64,000 bases of DNA from Eledone cirrhosa (Eukaryota). The first letter of the stretch is position 1; every line of letters begins with the position of its first letter. This document shows positions 1 to 13,387 of this stretch, piece after piece. The position numbers and the translations under genes are program-made. The stretch covers positions 350,734,001 through 350,798,000 of the forward strand of contig OZ024740.1 in the NCBI GenBank assembly GCA_964016885.1, written 5' to 3'. Below the pieces are notes generated by a model. That model made no database searches. It had not been told where the DNA came from and saw only the letters and a list, made by a program, of their open reading frames with translations.

Positions 1-501
1 AGCGACCGACAGTCTAGCCGCATTGCCATAGCAACGAAAAAAACTGAACTCAGGAAAAGATTTTGACTGACCTGGACCATAACGTGGACATCGAATGCAA
101 CACATAACGCATAACGTATAGCATACAATATACATGACATATAACATGCAACATCCACGCTGGGTTTCTGTAAATCCGAGATATATATATACATGTGTGT
201 GTGCGTCTGTGTGTGCGTCTATCCATTCATATACGAAAAAAAATGGAGCTGATATTTACATCTCACAAATCACACCAGACATTGTAATTTTTGTAGAATC
301 TCCAGTCTAAGGAGCATGTCGATAATGGAGTTGGGTCCAGAACTTCTATGGGTCGCCCTCAGCCAATCCTCTCAGAAACGCGCGTAACAAGTCGATACAA
401 TAAATAACTGAATACATGTAAACGAAACTTAATATATACACTCTGCCTCTTCATCGAGTGTTCGTTTCGGTGTCACTACCAGTAATTCACTGAATAATAT
501 A

Positions 502-588
<87 letters not shown>

Positions 589-909
589 AACAATACTGAC
601 ATAAGGGAAATATAAATAAATAAATAAAATAAAAATGGCGTAGACATTACAATACAATACAATACAATAGGAGGGAACATAATAATAGTACCACTGATGA
701 TGTTGCAGATGTGCAACGAAAGAACTTTGATAGACTGTATATATATATATATATTCATATCTGTATTTTTAACCGTTGGTCAATCAATGATAAACGTTGA
801 TTGCCAAATAAATTCACTATGGAGATAAGCGAAAACCAACCAAACAGTGAGTGTGTTATGTTATTATTTCTGGCAATATTATTACAACAATATGACCCTC
901 CTCAAGTAT

Positions 910-952
<43 letters not shown>

Positions 953-957
<5 letters not shown>

Positions 958-1283
958 TGGAGAATAGGATTGGCTGTGTAGTTGCTAGTAAGGTAGCTTA
1001 AAATGGATTGAGAATAAGAAGAAAGCAAGAACGGGGGGTGGGGGGTCCTCATCAGTTGTCTACTGGGGGTCTCGGATATTTCCACGCTTTAAAGACAAGA
1101 TATCTACCACCCAGAGCGTTCAATAACTGGGTAAGTTATTGGAAAAACGGTGGAGGGAGGAGGGGAAAATAGAAGGGAAAAGGGAAGAAAAGAGAAAACA
1201 GCCAAAAAAACAACAAACTGAGCAAACCTTAAGGTAAGAAAATCTTTCGCCCACACGCTCTTGAACTTAAGTTCTGTTATCGG
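953..1283. repeat. Dispersed repeat family (also 26611-27308) carrying CTGATGA on the - strand
   Basis: Clearly homologous sequence at 26614-26950 (atatatggagaatag...tcctcatcagttgtctactgg...aaagacaagat...gaacttaagttc); flanked by (TA)n. Confidence 0.8.
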
Positions 1284-1306
1284 TATATATATATATATAT
1301 ATATAT

Positions 1307-1519
1307 ATAGGAAAAAGTATGACCCCGAAGGCAGAGCTCTGAACTAAATTAGAATTTTTAGCCTGGCTAAAAATTCTAATTTAGTCCAGAAATAGCCATC
1401 GAAACGGCTTGAGCTCTGCCACCGGGGTCATACTTTTTCCTATTTCCCACTCTACTACCCTAAGTATTGAGTATTTTGGTGCGTTATGATCCATCTGGTT
1501 CCTTACCAAAATTCCTTTG

Positions 1520-1520
<1 letters not shown>
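1307..1520. repeat. Fold-back element with nested inverted repeats inserted in (TA)n
   Basis: ggaaaaagtatgaccccg..ggcagagctc pairs with gagctctgcc..cggggtcatactttttcc (1309-1440). Internal palindrome ctaaattagaatttttagcc-t-ggctaaaaattctaatttag, followed by a single-copy tail. Confidence 0.7.
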
Positions 1521-1557
<37 letters not shown>

Positions 1558-2244
1558 GTGGGGTGAAATGTAGATGACTATGATTATAATCGGTGATTAT
1601 AAATAACACTTGAAAAAATCGGGCGAAATATCCTTTGAGACGCAAAATGTGGACAGTTTCCTGCAAGGAATAGAACCCCGCATCTCTGGACTGCCGTACT
1701 ATTGTGTTATCCATCACGTTAAAGAATCTCTGATCATTGATGGTAGCATGAAATGTAAACATCCTGGGTATTTTGTTTTTCAAACATTATTTATAGTGAC
1801 CGACTAATATTATAATCACTTGTATTGGGACGCCTGTATTTCAAATTTCTCTAATTCTCTAAAGACAAAATGGGAATGGATATATTCTTAAGATTAGTCT
1901 GGCAGCCTTTGAATGTCACAAACAGCACTTGCTAAACAACAGTAGCAAAACTAAATATATCATCCATGTGCTAAACATTTAAAAGATCGTGAGCATGTGA
2001 GCTGTGAGAGAACCCCTCAAAAGGCACTCTGTTTCCCGAAGATGTCCCAGGCGACACTACAACTGCTGGATTCTGTAGTCTGGAAAAAATCATGATGGAA
2101 TGTTCACCTCTGGAACGCATTTGATCGTAGGTCTGTACGCTGAGAATTAACCTGAAGTTAAATAACATCAACAGCACAAAGACATTTTTATAGACATTAA
2201 TTCTTGCAAGAAGTAAAAGATAACAGAAAAAATTCTTCATACCA

Positions 2245-2450
2245 ATACGAAGTTAGAACGTCGAACATATTACGGTATTTTGTTATAAAACTTTATATTC
2301 TTAGTTCAAATCTCAGCTAGGTCAATTCGTCGTTCAATCTTCTAAGGTCGAAAAAATAAAACATCAGTCAAGTCATGAGATCAATTAAATACAAAGCACC
2401 TTGCAATTATAATAGAAGCAATAGCCCCCTACGAATTAAATGCTTTAATC
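2245..2450 (+). mobile_element. Degenerate tRNA-derived SINE (same family as 51750-51920)
   Basis: B-box-like agttcaaatct followed by ggtcaa...aaggtcgaaaaaataaa, colinear with the better-preserved copy at 51750-51920. Confidence 0.5.
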
Positions 2451-2464
2451 ATTTGTCAGTTTTC

Positions 2465-2930
2465 ATCATGATCACCACCACAACTTTCACCATGAACACC
2501 CACCCACCCATTTCTAATCAACGTCATCTTCGTAATCATCATCATCATTATCATCATCCTCAGTATTAAACTACGGGTTTTTTTGTAGTGGTTCTTGGAT
2601 ATTTGTTGATATTACTGATATAATCACCAGCGTAATCACCATTATCATCATCACCAGCGTATTCACCATTATCGTCATCACCAGGTTCATCACCATCATA
2701 AGAATTATCGCCATTATAATAAATAATGCATTTGATATTTTTATTTATTTGGTGGTTCTATGATGTTATTGTTGCTTGTATCTTAATAATCATCAATGTT
2801 CCTTCTTTTTATTATCTCGATTCTCATCGTTAACATTATTATCATCATCGTCATCATCATCATCATCATCATCATCCCCACAACCGCAGCACCACCCTCA
2901 TTAATATCAATAGCATTATTATCATCATAA
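2465..2930. repeat. Degenerate (CAT)n/(ATC)n microsatellite
   Basis: Runs of catcat/attatc/caccat. Confidence 0.8.
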
Positions 2931-3644
2931 CATCTAAGATCTTATTAACTGTAGGGTATCCAAGAGATTTACATTAACGTAGAAATTAAAATTCACTGAA
3001 AGTAAGATAATACTTGAATTACTTAATAAATATCAATATTCATATAACCAAGCTGGAGTGGTAAGAGTACATTTAGATATGTAAGTAAGTGTAATACTTG
3101 ATATGAAAGTGGGGAAAACAGGTATGAAGAGAGGGAGAGGAAGGGGTATAATGGAATATTTTGGGGGTGGGGTAGCATACACGTTTGGCCCACTTCATTA
3201 TGTTAGACTCTCCTCACCTACGTACATGCACTCAAATATAACTTCTCAATGTTGAAGGCATCCATGAGAAAAATTTCCATATCAGTTTAATTTGCCGAAT
3301 CAGAGAATAACTAAAAAGACATTCTCAGTCATTGTCAGGTGTGGTGAGTACAAGTAAGATTATGTTTAACTGAAGTCAAATATGTTCGAACTGAGGTCAG
3401 ATATGATTGAACTATCCCTGTAACTTCTAAAGATTAGATTCATTTTACACAGCATGTCATCAATTAATTCTTAATCTATTTCGATTTCGGTTCTGTCTTT
3501 GACAAAAATAATTTTTCTTGTCTGTCTTTCATTTTTGGCGAATGTGAAGGATGTGATTCATTACATTAATTATGCTATTCCTCATATAAATACTGAGATA
3601 TAGAGCTTTATTAACTCAATGCCAAGCCAACTCAAACCATCATT

Positions 3645-4950
3645 GGTTCTGTGATAAAGTCCACCTTCTCCAGTTTTGGTTTCTTGTACAAAGAGACGTG
3701 GGTAGTTCATGGTACACTTATTATCCCTCATGCATGGGGAGGGTGGATTAATTGAACCACAAGGCTTATGAATCATCTGGTACTTGACAATTTCATGCAA
3801 CAAAGGATCTTGCTGTGGATCAGGCAGTTCAGTTGAGGTAAATAAATCAATATCATTTGGCCAAAGTTTTCCATATAGCCAAATCAAAATGTGGGCATGT
3901 GGCAATCCTCGTTTTTGTCATTCAATTGTGTACGTCACTTTTGACTGGTCCAAAGACATCACATTTTTTTTAGGAGATCCATCAGCTTTATGACTTGAAG
4001 TCTGAACACCCTAGCTATAATATCATGGTGATATTTGGGTTCTTGATGATGATAAAGCTCACTTTTTATTTCATTCCATGTTGGGTTACATGTGAATGTA
4101 ATGAAGAGGTGTCGACGACCATAGTGTCTGACATATGAAAGTGCATATTGGGTACGCTCATGCATATACCGTTACAAAGCCTGATCCTTGTAATTTGCCA
4201 CAAAATATAGCTGTAAAAACTGAGGAATTTTGCCTTCAGTTGGCAACAAAGATCCAATACGATGGTATAAATTACCTTGAACTTTAAAAGTTGGCTTCAT
4301 GTTCCCTTCTCTTATAATATTGCTACCAAAGGAGGTCATTTGGAAAGCAGAATTATAAGTCCTAATGTTTTTCAAGAAGTGCATGCTCCTTGGTATGTTT
4401 CCCCAAATCAATGCCTTCAAAGTATCTGGCGGTGTACCAAAGGTCTGTAAAACAACCCTTACTCCACCGCAACACATAGTGGTGGTATCTCTTTCCCATT
4501 TCTTTCCATTACAAAAACTGCACTCTTTTGACATTGCTCCAATATCAATTAATTTATCCGTAGAATAATCATGTTTTGGATCATAGTTGAAAGCTGATCT
4601 CTTCCAAGTTCCCTTGAAAGGTGCAACTCTTTTGTCAAACGTATTCAGCCTATCTTGATCAAGACGCTTACGTCTTTCTTCTGAGGATTGACGAATTTTT
4701 GCAACAACTGTTTGCTCCTGGTTTACTCCTGTCTTTCTTGCATCCTTTCTCTTTCCTTTTTTTACTCTTGGCTCTTGCGGATTGCATGTTGTTGACGTAA
4801 TTGTTCTAACCGTTTTTCCCTTGCCTCTTGTGCCCCTGCGTGCAGCAGCTCTCCTCCGGTCATTTTCAAGTGTTTACTGTCGTTGTGCAGGGGTCTCTAT
4901 TGACCTTGCTTTGGCTACCTGTACTTGTATTTGCTTCACTGTAGAATACT
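3645..4950 (-). mobile_element. Helitron RepHel remnant (Rep/HUH part only, internally deleted and frameshifted)
   Basis: AFNYDP..IDIGAMSKECSFC..CC, IRTYNSAFQMTSFG, FKVQGNLYHRIGSLLP..QFLQLYF (4172-4534); motif 1 LFITFTCNPTWNEI (3959-4165); HUH motif QKRGLPHAHILIWL and MIHKPCG..SPCM..KCTMNYP (3582-3930). No helicase domain present. Confidence 0.9.
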
Positions 4951-5882
4951 GATCATCTACATCTACTCCGTCTCCTCTTGTAGAGAATGAGAACATTTTT
5001 CTCGGAAAGTTTTTTGAAAATTAAAATGGGGATTAAATGAAACATGAATGAAATTACGTGGATATCTTCACAAGAGTGATTGAAATGAATAGTGATTGTA
5101 GAACACTGCACGCAAACGTGCACACGCATGCACGCAAACGTACACACATACACACACACACTCACACATGTTGATAGTTTTTACTTTCTGTGGAACACTA
5201 TACGCACACAAACGCATACACACGCACCAACGCACGCGTGCACGTGCACACGCACTCACAAATGTCAATAGTTATTGCTTTCCTTCCCCTCTTATTTCCA
5301 TACACACATCACACACATACATGTATCCACACTGACACATATACATACAGTACCAAACACAGCGTCTCTCTCTCTCTCTCTCTCTCCCACTATCCCTCTC
5401 TTTATGTGCCGGACTTCTTTCAGGGTCTCCTACCGAACATACATACAGTATCAAATACACAGCGTCTCTCTCTCTCCCTCTATCCCTCTATCTTCCAACT
5501 TATTCTATAGAAAATTGTTCTCTCTGTGTTCCTTTCTCTCTTCTCTTTGTATTTTTCTCATTTTGTGTTTCCCTCGCTCAAGCATATTCTCTCTCACGCT
5601 CTGTAACCCTTCCTCTCTTAGTCTGTCTGTTTCTTTCACTCTCACTCTCTCTTTCTCTCTTTCTTTTTCTCTCTCTCCCTCTCTCCCTCTATTTCTTTCT
5701 AGCTCACTCACACATTCACACTATTTACATTTCTCCCCTCTATCGAAAAACGTTGTGACGAAAGAGGGGATGGAGGAGGAGAAGTAAAGCGCCACTTCCT
5801 CACTTTGCCTCACCATTTCTTTCTCTACCCTCTCACTCCCGCATTGACATTATGCACAAACATACAAATACACAGACATCTA

Positions 5883-5965
<83 letters not shown>

Positions 5966-5994
5966 AAATGTGTGTAATCCTTGGTACAGTTAGG

Positions 5995-6114
5995 TATATT
6001 AAGACAGGGGGGAAGAAAAAATGGCTTCACTTGTGCTTTCAACAAATTTATTTTCTTCAAAAATAAATTTGTTGAAAGCACAAGTGAAGCCATTTTTTCT
6101 CCCCCCCCCCTGTC

Positions 6115-6122
<8 letters not shown>
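5995..6122. repeat. ~125-bp near-perfect palindrome (hairpin/cruciform) within (TA)n
   Basis: tattaagacagggggg..gaaaaaatggcttcacttgtgctttcaacaaatttatttt-cttca-aaaataaatttgttgaaagcacaagtgaagccattttttc..ccccctgtcttaata. Confidence 0.9.
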
Positions 6123-7467
<1,345 letters not shown>

Positions 7468-7705
7468 TAGATTTCTTTATTAGCCACAAGGGCGCACAAG
7501 AAAAGGGGACAATACAAAGACATGCCGGGGATTTTACATACAGTCGTGTAAAAAATATAAAAACAAACAATTATAACAATCTAAATCACCAATAGGGGGG
7601 GGGGGGCACAAATGGGTTGTTTAATACCCCGTCGATAGAACAACTCTCAACTCCAGAAGCGTGTTGTGCAAGTGCTCCTTTCTTCCTTTTGCTCTCTTCT
7701 TCAAC

Positions 7706-10700
7706 CTACAGGCTTATAAACAGAGAAGGCCCAATCACACGGGCCATTTTCGCTTCATTCACCCACCTTTCAGTAAATTTACTGGGATGCAGTGCCTCTC
7801 TCTCCACCCTGATTCTCCTTCTAAAGTGATACTTAAAGAAGGGAATCATTTGTTGTCCGGAGAGAAAGGCATCTGTCCTCAGTCCTCTCAACCTCGTCCA
7901 CCATATAACTTCTTTCACCATAGCCATCGTACGGAGGAAAACCGCCTCTCTTTCGTTTTTGAAAGAGGCTCGCGGTTTGATCCTTACTATGGACTCGGCA
8001 GTCAACTGGATGTGTCCCATACGCGACAGCAGTTGTTCTGCATAGTTCCACAGGTCGGTTACGCCCGGGCAGTGTACAATGCGTGCAGGACTGTTTCAAT
8101 GTCCTGCGCGCATCTTGGATACGTCCTCTTGGAAGGATCCCTGCCAGGGCGTCCGTGCCTGTAGATCTTGTCACGAACCGGTAGAGCTCCTCTGTAGCAC
8201 TGCCAGGCCAGAGACCTCTGGAAGTTGTCCCGGTCGGAAAGTCCTACCAAACAGACTGGTGAGCTCATCGTCTTCGACGCCCAGAGTCTCTCCGAGCACG
8301 TCGTCGCCCTTGTAACGTACAATCCCTCTATAGAATGTCGAAGTGGAGTCTCCACTGATTGCTGCGCCCGCTTGCCAGAGGATTGTGAGCGCCTGCGCGC
8401 ATTCAATGTGCCAGGCGCCCATCGTTTTCGGTCTTTTCTTGACCCAGGACTGCATCTCCGTCAGCCAGACGAGCTGTGGGAAAGCCTGTCTTACAAACGG
8501 TGACCACACCGGTTGGGTGTCGGTGAGGAATACCTGGAGATACCGCAGCCTCAGCGCATGTTTGCGCATCATCAGCCACGGCATTCTCAGGCCTCCGTTG
8601 GAAGGGTGCTGACAGCAGACGGATCTCCTCACCAGAGGAGCCTGCTTCTTCCACAGAAACTGGAAGACCATGCGTTCCATCTTGGCGAGGTGTTCACGGG
8701 GACAAGGCACGACAGTCAAGCGGTAGTAGATGACGGACGCTATGAAAGTATCGCCACCTCCGCTCGACCTTTCAATGACAGTTTGCACTCTGCCCACTTC
8801 TGGGTGAGTGCAAACACCTTGGCCGTGACCTCGTTCCAGTTTTTCTCCATCTGGAGATCTGGACCGAACCAGATCCCGAGCAATTTCACCGGTCCGTCCG
8901 TCCAGCGTCCAACGACGCTGTCGGATGTCATCGGTTTGCCTCTCCACGTACTGAGTTGCAAACCGACAGACTTGTCCGGGTTTAGTTTTGCTCCCGTCAG
9001 CGTTTCGTATTCTTTCAGTATGTTGCCGATCATCCCGATTTCCGAGGTGCTCGACGCCATTACCGTAACGTCGTCGGCATAAGCCGACGCCGCTTTGCGC
9101 AGTCCCGGTTCTAGAGGGATGCCCTGCAACAGCTACAATTTCCGCAGTAGTGGCTCTAGAGTCAATACATACAGAATGGAGGAGAGAGGGCACCCCTGTC
9201 GAATGGAACGCGTGATTGCGAACGGCTCCGATAGGTAGCCGTTCACCTTGACCCTCGAGCAGATGCTGGTGTGCATCGCCTCGATCCATCCTCTGAACAC
9301 GGGACAGAAACCGGCCGCCTTGAGAGCCGCTTCCAAGTATCGATGGTCGACCCTATCGAATGCCTTAGACTGATCCAAGTTGATCAGAGCTCCACCGAAG
9401 CCGGGTTTACTACCCACCCTCTCTATGATGTATCGCATGAGGTGGAGGTTGTCGTGTATGGACCTGGTCGGGATTGCACACATTTGCCTACCAGGTTCTC
9501 GACGACAAGCGCCAACCTCGTCGCTAGCACCTTGGCCAAAATCTTTAACTGTTGAACAGAGTTATGGGTCTGAAGTTGTTAATTTCGTCCTCCTTGTTCT
9601 CGTCTTTCCTGATCAGCGTTACTACGCCCTTGCCTGCAGAACTGGGAATTCTACCGTTCTGCTGCCAATTGCAGTAGACGGCTTCGAGGACGCCAGAGAA
9701 CAAGTCCTGCATGCCTATGTAAAACTCGTAGGGTAGACCATCTAGACCGGGTGACTTGCGTTTCCCGCAGCGGCCCAGAGCGTCCCGTATCTCAGTGTCC
9801 GTGATCGGTCTTTCGCAGAACTCGGCGTCCATGTTCGAGAGACGCGACAGGCCGTCGAGGTATGAACTAAAGTCCATTGCCCCGTTCGGCTCACCGTCGT
9901 TCTGCTCAAACAGTCGCGCAAAGTGCCACTGAAAGGCCGCGCACATTTGCTTGGGGTCAAGTAGCACGCGTCCGTTTTGGTCTTTCAAATACCGAATCGT
10001 GAACTTGTTGCCGCTTTTTGCCTCCGCCACTCGGGCCCAGCTGACAGCTTTCGCTCCTTCGTTTCCTAGAGCACGTGTTTTGCTTCTGACCACGCAGCCT
10101 TCGTGTTTCGCATCGAAGAACTGGTCCAGTGTCGTTCTCGACGCTAACACTCTAGCGGCGTTGCTACTTCTAAGTGCCTCCTCTACCTTGGCTACTAGTT
10201 CTCTTTCTATTCTGTTTTTCTCTAAGACTAACTCTCTGCTATACCCTATCGATTCTATTCTAATTGCTTTCTTGAGAGAGTACCACCATCTATTGTTAAT
10301 GATGGCTCCCGTTAACTGTTGCTTGACTAGTCTACTTATCCGTTCACTGTAAGCTTTACGTGCCGGCAACGATACGTTCAGCTTCCAGTATCCGGGTCCC
10401 TGTCTATGTATTCTATCACGGTTGACTAAGCAGACAACTAACTTGTGATCTGAATAGGCAACCATGTGCATTCGTGGACAGCTTAACATCTCCTTGTCCC
10501 TTTCTCTAATGAAGAACCTATCTAAATACGATCTAGATGTCCCACTGCGGTTTGCCCACGTCCACTGTGGTGCAGTCGGGAAATCCAGTCGATACCTATC
10601 GGCCAGTTGGAATTGGCTGATTAAAGTTTTGAGGCTGTTGCACCCACTCTACTGGGACATGCTCCCACATAGTCCCATCGTGCTTCTAGGATACCATTCC

Positions 10701-11130
10701 AGTCCCCCACTAAAAGTAAGGAGCGAGACGTTCCCAGAAAAGACTTTAGACGCTTAAAGAAGTCTGGCCGTGATTGCGATTGCCCGGTCGGGGCATAAAC
10801 GGCCACCAGTCTGAAGGCTCCACCTCCAATACTGTTCACGTCTAGGACTACCAGTCTACCCTCCGGGTCCAAGTGTACTTGCTGTACTTCGACGTCCACG
10901 TTCTTCTGAAACATGACAGCCACTCCTCCTCCACCTTCTGGCTGACAGAGAGATGCGTAGATCTCAAAGTCGTCGAAGATGGGGGTTAGTTGCTGCCTGT
11001 TGTGGATCTTGGACACGGTGATGGCTATCACATCCATACTGTGTGACCTAAGGTCGTTTAAAAGTTGGCTCTGTTTCCAGGGCATCCCTAGGCCACGCAC
11101 ATTCACGGTTCCAACTCGTAAACTAGCCAT
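7706..11130 (-). pseudogene. Tx1 copy A ORF2 (APE endonuclease, reverse transcriptase, zf-RVT), frameshifted
   Basis: TVNVRGL, VYAP, GDWN, YLDRF, SDH, GPGYWKLN, KSPGLDGLPYEFY, NFRPITL, LDQSKAFDRVDH, IRQGCPLS, AYADDVT, split across several frames. Confidence 0.93.
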
Positions 11131-11202
11131 GTTGGTGAAGAAAAATTGGAGAAAAAGGATGAAAGGTGCACTTACCTTTTCGTTTCCTGGAGATCGGGTT
11201 GT

Positions 11203-12927
11203 TCAATCTCCATTTGGGTGCTGGATGGGGTGGTGTTGGTGCTGGTTGGGTGGGGTGGGGAAACATTTTAACAGGACGCGGTTGATGGGTTTGTGGCAGG
11301 GGTTGTCCACGTCCTGTGAAAATTTATTTTTTAGGTCATTATAGGTTTCTATAGAGACCCTTATAAGTTTAAGGTATGGAGACGATTCTGCCTTGACGAA
11401 AGTTTTGCCTTCCGTCTCCACCTTGGGGTTTTGGGAGATGACCTCCATCAAACTCTTGTTGTTTGTGTTGATGTATGCGTATTGTTGTTTGTGTTTTTGT
11501 TGTGTTGTTTTAGTTTGTTGTTCGTCCGGGAGTTTTCTTTTTATGGTGGGTGCTTGTGTTTGGGGTGGTGTTGGTGTTGGTTTTGCTGATAGGCGGATGT
11601 TTGACTGTGGTGTTGTTTGTGTTGTTGTTTGTGTCTGTGGTTGTGTGTTGATGTTGGTGATTGGAGTTTTGGGGGTTTTGTGGTGTCTCTTTTTTGTTTT
11701 TTTAGATTTCCGCGGTTCTCCCTCTTCTTCACTTAAAGAAGGAGAAGCAGCTTCATGCGTCGATGAATAATCATCGTCAGGTGTGTGGGGTAGGGGTATG
11801 TTGTGTGGTGGTGGTTTTTCGGTGTGTGTGTTTGTGGTAGTGTTTGATGGAGTGGGATGGAGTGGGGATGTGTTCTTCAGGGGTGTTGTCTCTGTTTTTT
11901 TCTGTTGTTGTTGGTTGAGTGTCTGTTTGTTTTGGTGTGGTTGCTCGTTTCGTCTGTCGTGGTGGTGGTTGTTTTGGTGTTGGTGTTGGTAATAGTGTTT
12001 TTTAATGATGTTGTTGTTGTGTGTTTGTGGACAGGAGGCTTTTAGGTGTGCTGTGCTACCACAGCGAAAGCAATGAAATTTTCGTCCTTCTACCGAAATG
12101 TTTATTTTGTTGTTATTATCGATGACGACTCTTTCGGGTATATTGGAGATTCTCTCCGGTTTCATTTGCAACAGAATCTCCAAATCTGTACCCGCCCACC
12201 TTTGTCGAATAGATTTTCGTATCGAAAGAATCATATCAGTTTCTGGCTCTACGAAGCCAGCCAAGATCCACCAGATTTTAATGTTTGGGGGTATGTTTTT
12301 TATTTTTATTTTTTGTGTCCTTTTTCCCATGTATGTAGGGAAAAAGGTGTATGCTTTTGACACCATTGGTGTCACAGAATGTTTTTGGGCGAGTGCCTCG
12401 CTTTTAAACAGTACGGAAACACTTCCGTACTGTTTTCCTCGCTGGAGAAAATCGACATTTGCTAGAATTTCCTTGAAAGTATCTTCTATATCTGCTTGGC
12501 TAATAAATGTCGGCATTCTTGTGGAATTTGACACAGTCCTAAAGGTGACTGATCTGCGAATTGTGTCTTCCTTTATTTCAAGGGGTAAGTTAATTCTAAA
12601 CCCACCCCTTTCTTCGAAAGTTACAAATGTTCTCCCTTGCTGGAGCATATCTCTTGCGTTGGAGATATCAAGATTTATAAAATCTTGTTTTTTGTTCACT
12701 GTTTCAGCGAAAGACATTTTCTTTTTTTGTGAGGTGTTGCTGTTGTTATTTTTCTCCGCTTCGACGGTAGAAATTTTAAAATCTTCAAGTGGTAATATTT
12801 TTTCCTCTTTGTTGACAGTCGTATCTATAGCGACGTCCATAGTAGCAGAAGCAGATATAACGTTAATATCTGCCTCTTTCTCTCTCTCTTTTCTATTGAC
12901 GTTCTCCAGCGTTCTTGTGTTGCTCAA
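11203..12927 (-). CDS. Tx1 copy A ORF1 (gag-like RNA-binding protein with zinc knuckle)
   Basis: Open 574-codon frame (caller uses TTG; first ATG near 12840). Contains CFRCGSTAHLKASC knuckle and SFAETV motif; homologous to ORF1 of copies B and C (FFPTYMGKRTQKI). Confidence 0.85.
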   Translation of the reverse strand: MSNTRTLENVNRKEREKEADINVISASATMDVAIDTTVNKEEKILPLEDFKISTVEAEKNNNSNTSQKKKMSFAETVNKKQDFINLDISNARDMLQQGRTFVTFEERGGFRINLPLEIKEDTIRRSVTFRTVSNSTRMPTFISQADIEDTFKEILANVDFLQRGKQYGSVSVLFKSEALAQKHSVTPMVSKAYTFFPTYMGKRTQKIKIKNIPPNIKIWWILAGFVEPETDMILSIRKSIRQRWAGTDLEILLQMKPERISNIPERVVIDNNNKINISVEGRKFHCFRCGSTAHLKASCPQTHNNNIIKKHYYQHQHQNNHHHDRRNEQPHQNKQTLNQQQQKKTETTPLKNTSPLHPTPSNTTTNTHTEKPPPHNIPLPHTPDDDYSSTHEAASPSLSEEEGEPRKSKKTKKRHHKTPKTPITNINTQPQTQTTTQTTPQSNIRLSAKPTPTPPQTQAPTIKRKLPDEQQTKTTQQKHKQQYAYINTNNKSLMEVISQNPKVETEGKTFVKAESSPYLKLIRVSIETYNDLKNKFSQDVDNPCHKPINRVLLKCFPTPPNQHQHHPIQHPNGD

Positions 12928-12979
12928 GTTATTTAGTTTGTAAAATCTGATATTTTAAAACAATTTTTTTAATAAAATG

Positions 12980-13040
12980 TTCGCCCCTACAGGGGCGAAA
13001 AATGGGATTACCAACTGACAATTCAGCTTGGAGGTTAATC
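12980..13040 (-). promoter_or_regulatory. Conserved 5'UTR double-hairpin RNA element (copy A)
   Basis: GATTA..CCA.GCTGA-ATTG-TCAGT.TGG-TAATC then TTCGCCCC-TGTA-GGGGCGAA; conserved in B and C. Confidence 0.65.
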
Positions 13041-13387
13041 TACAAAATATTATGTTTTTCAAACAATTAGTTCGTTTTTTTTTGTATAGAAATTAACAAA
13101 AAAGCTTACCAGCGATGTTCCACGCGTCAGACAGAAAGAGAGATAGATATGTTTCTTTATTAGCCCCAGGGGCACAAAAGAAGGGGACAAATACAAAGGG
13201 GGAAGTTTACATACAATAAAAACGTGTAAAATATTATCACAAATGCAATTTAAAAATTAGTCGATTTTTCCCAATAGGGGGAGACAGTTCATATGGGTAA
13301 CACATACCCCGGAAAAAATGTGCAACCCTCATCGCCAGGAGTACGAAGAGTTTGTACTCCTTTCGTCTCTTCCTCCTTTTCCTCAAC

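Larger units (their letters stand above)
7472..13128 (-). mobile_element. Tx1-clade (L1 group) non-LTR retrotransposon, full-length copy A
   Basis: CCHC ORF1 plus APE-RT-zf ORF2. 3' end AATAAAGAAA followed by (TCTA)n; 5' end abuts degenerate (GATA)n. Confidence 0.95.

Noticed and set aside
307-390. Hammerhead CTAAGGA...GAAA-CGCGCG-TA
   Set aside because: The palindromic stem III looks right, but the core is mutated and stems I and II pair poorly; at best a relic.
1610-2240. Possible host exons or pseudogene
   Set aside because: Short frames with stops, and no recognisable domain or convincing splice pair.
12098-12943. 281-aa + strand ORF and other hydrophobic + strand ORFs over the Tx1 elements
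   Set aside because: Antisense shadows of A/C-rich ORF1/ORF2 with no recognisable motifs.
12980-13040. HDV-like or hammerhead ribozyme in the Tx1 5'UTR
   Set aside because: No CUGANGA before the GC hairpin and no nested double pseudoknot could be built by eye; kept only as a conserved double hairpin.
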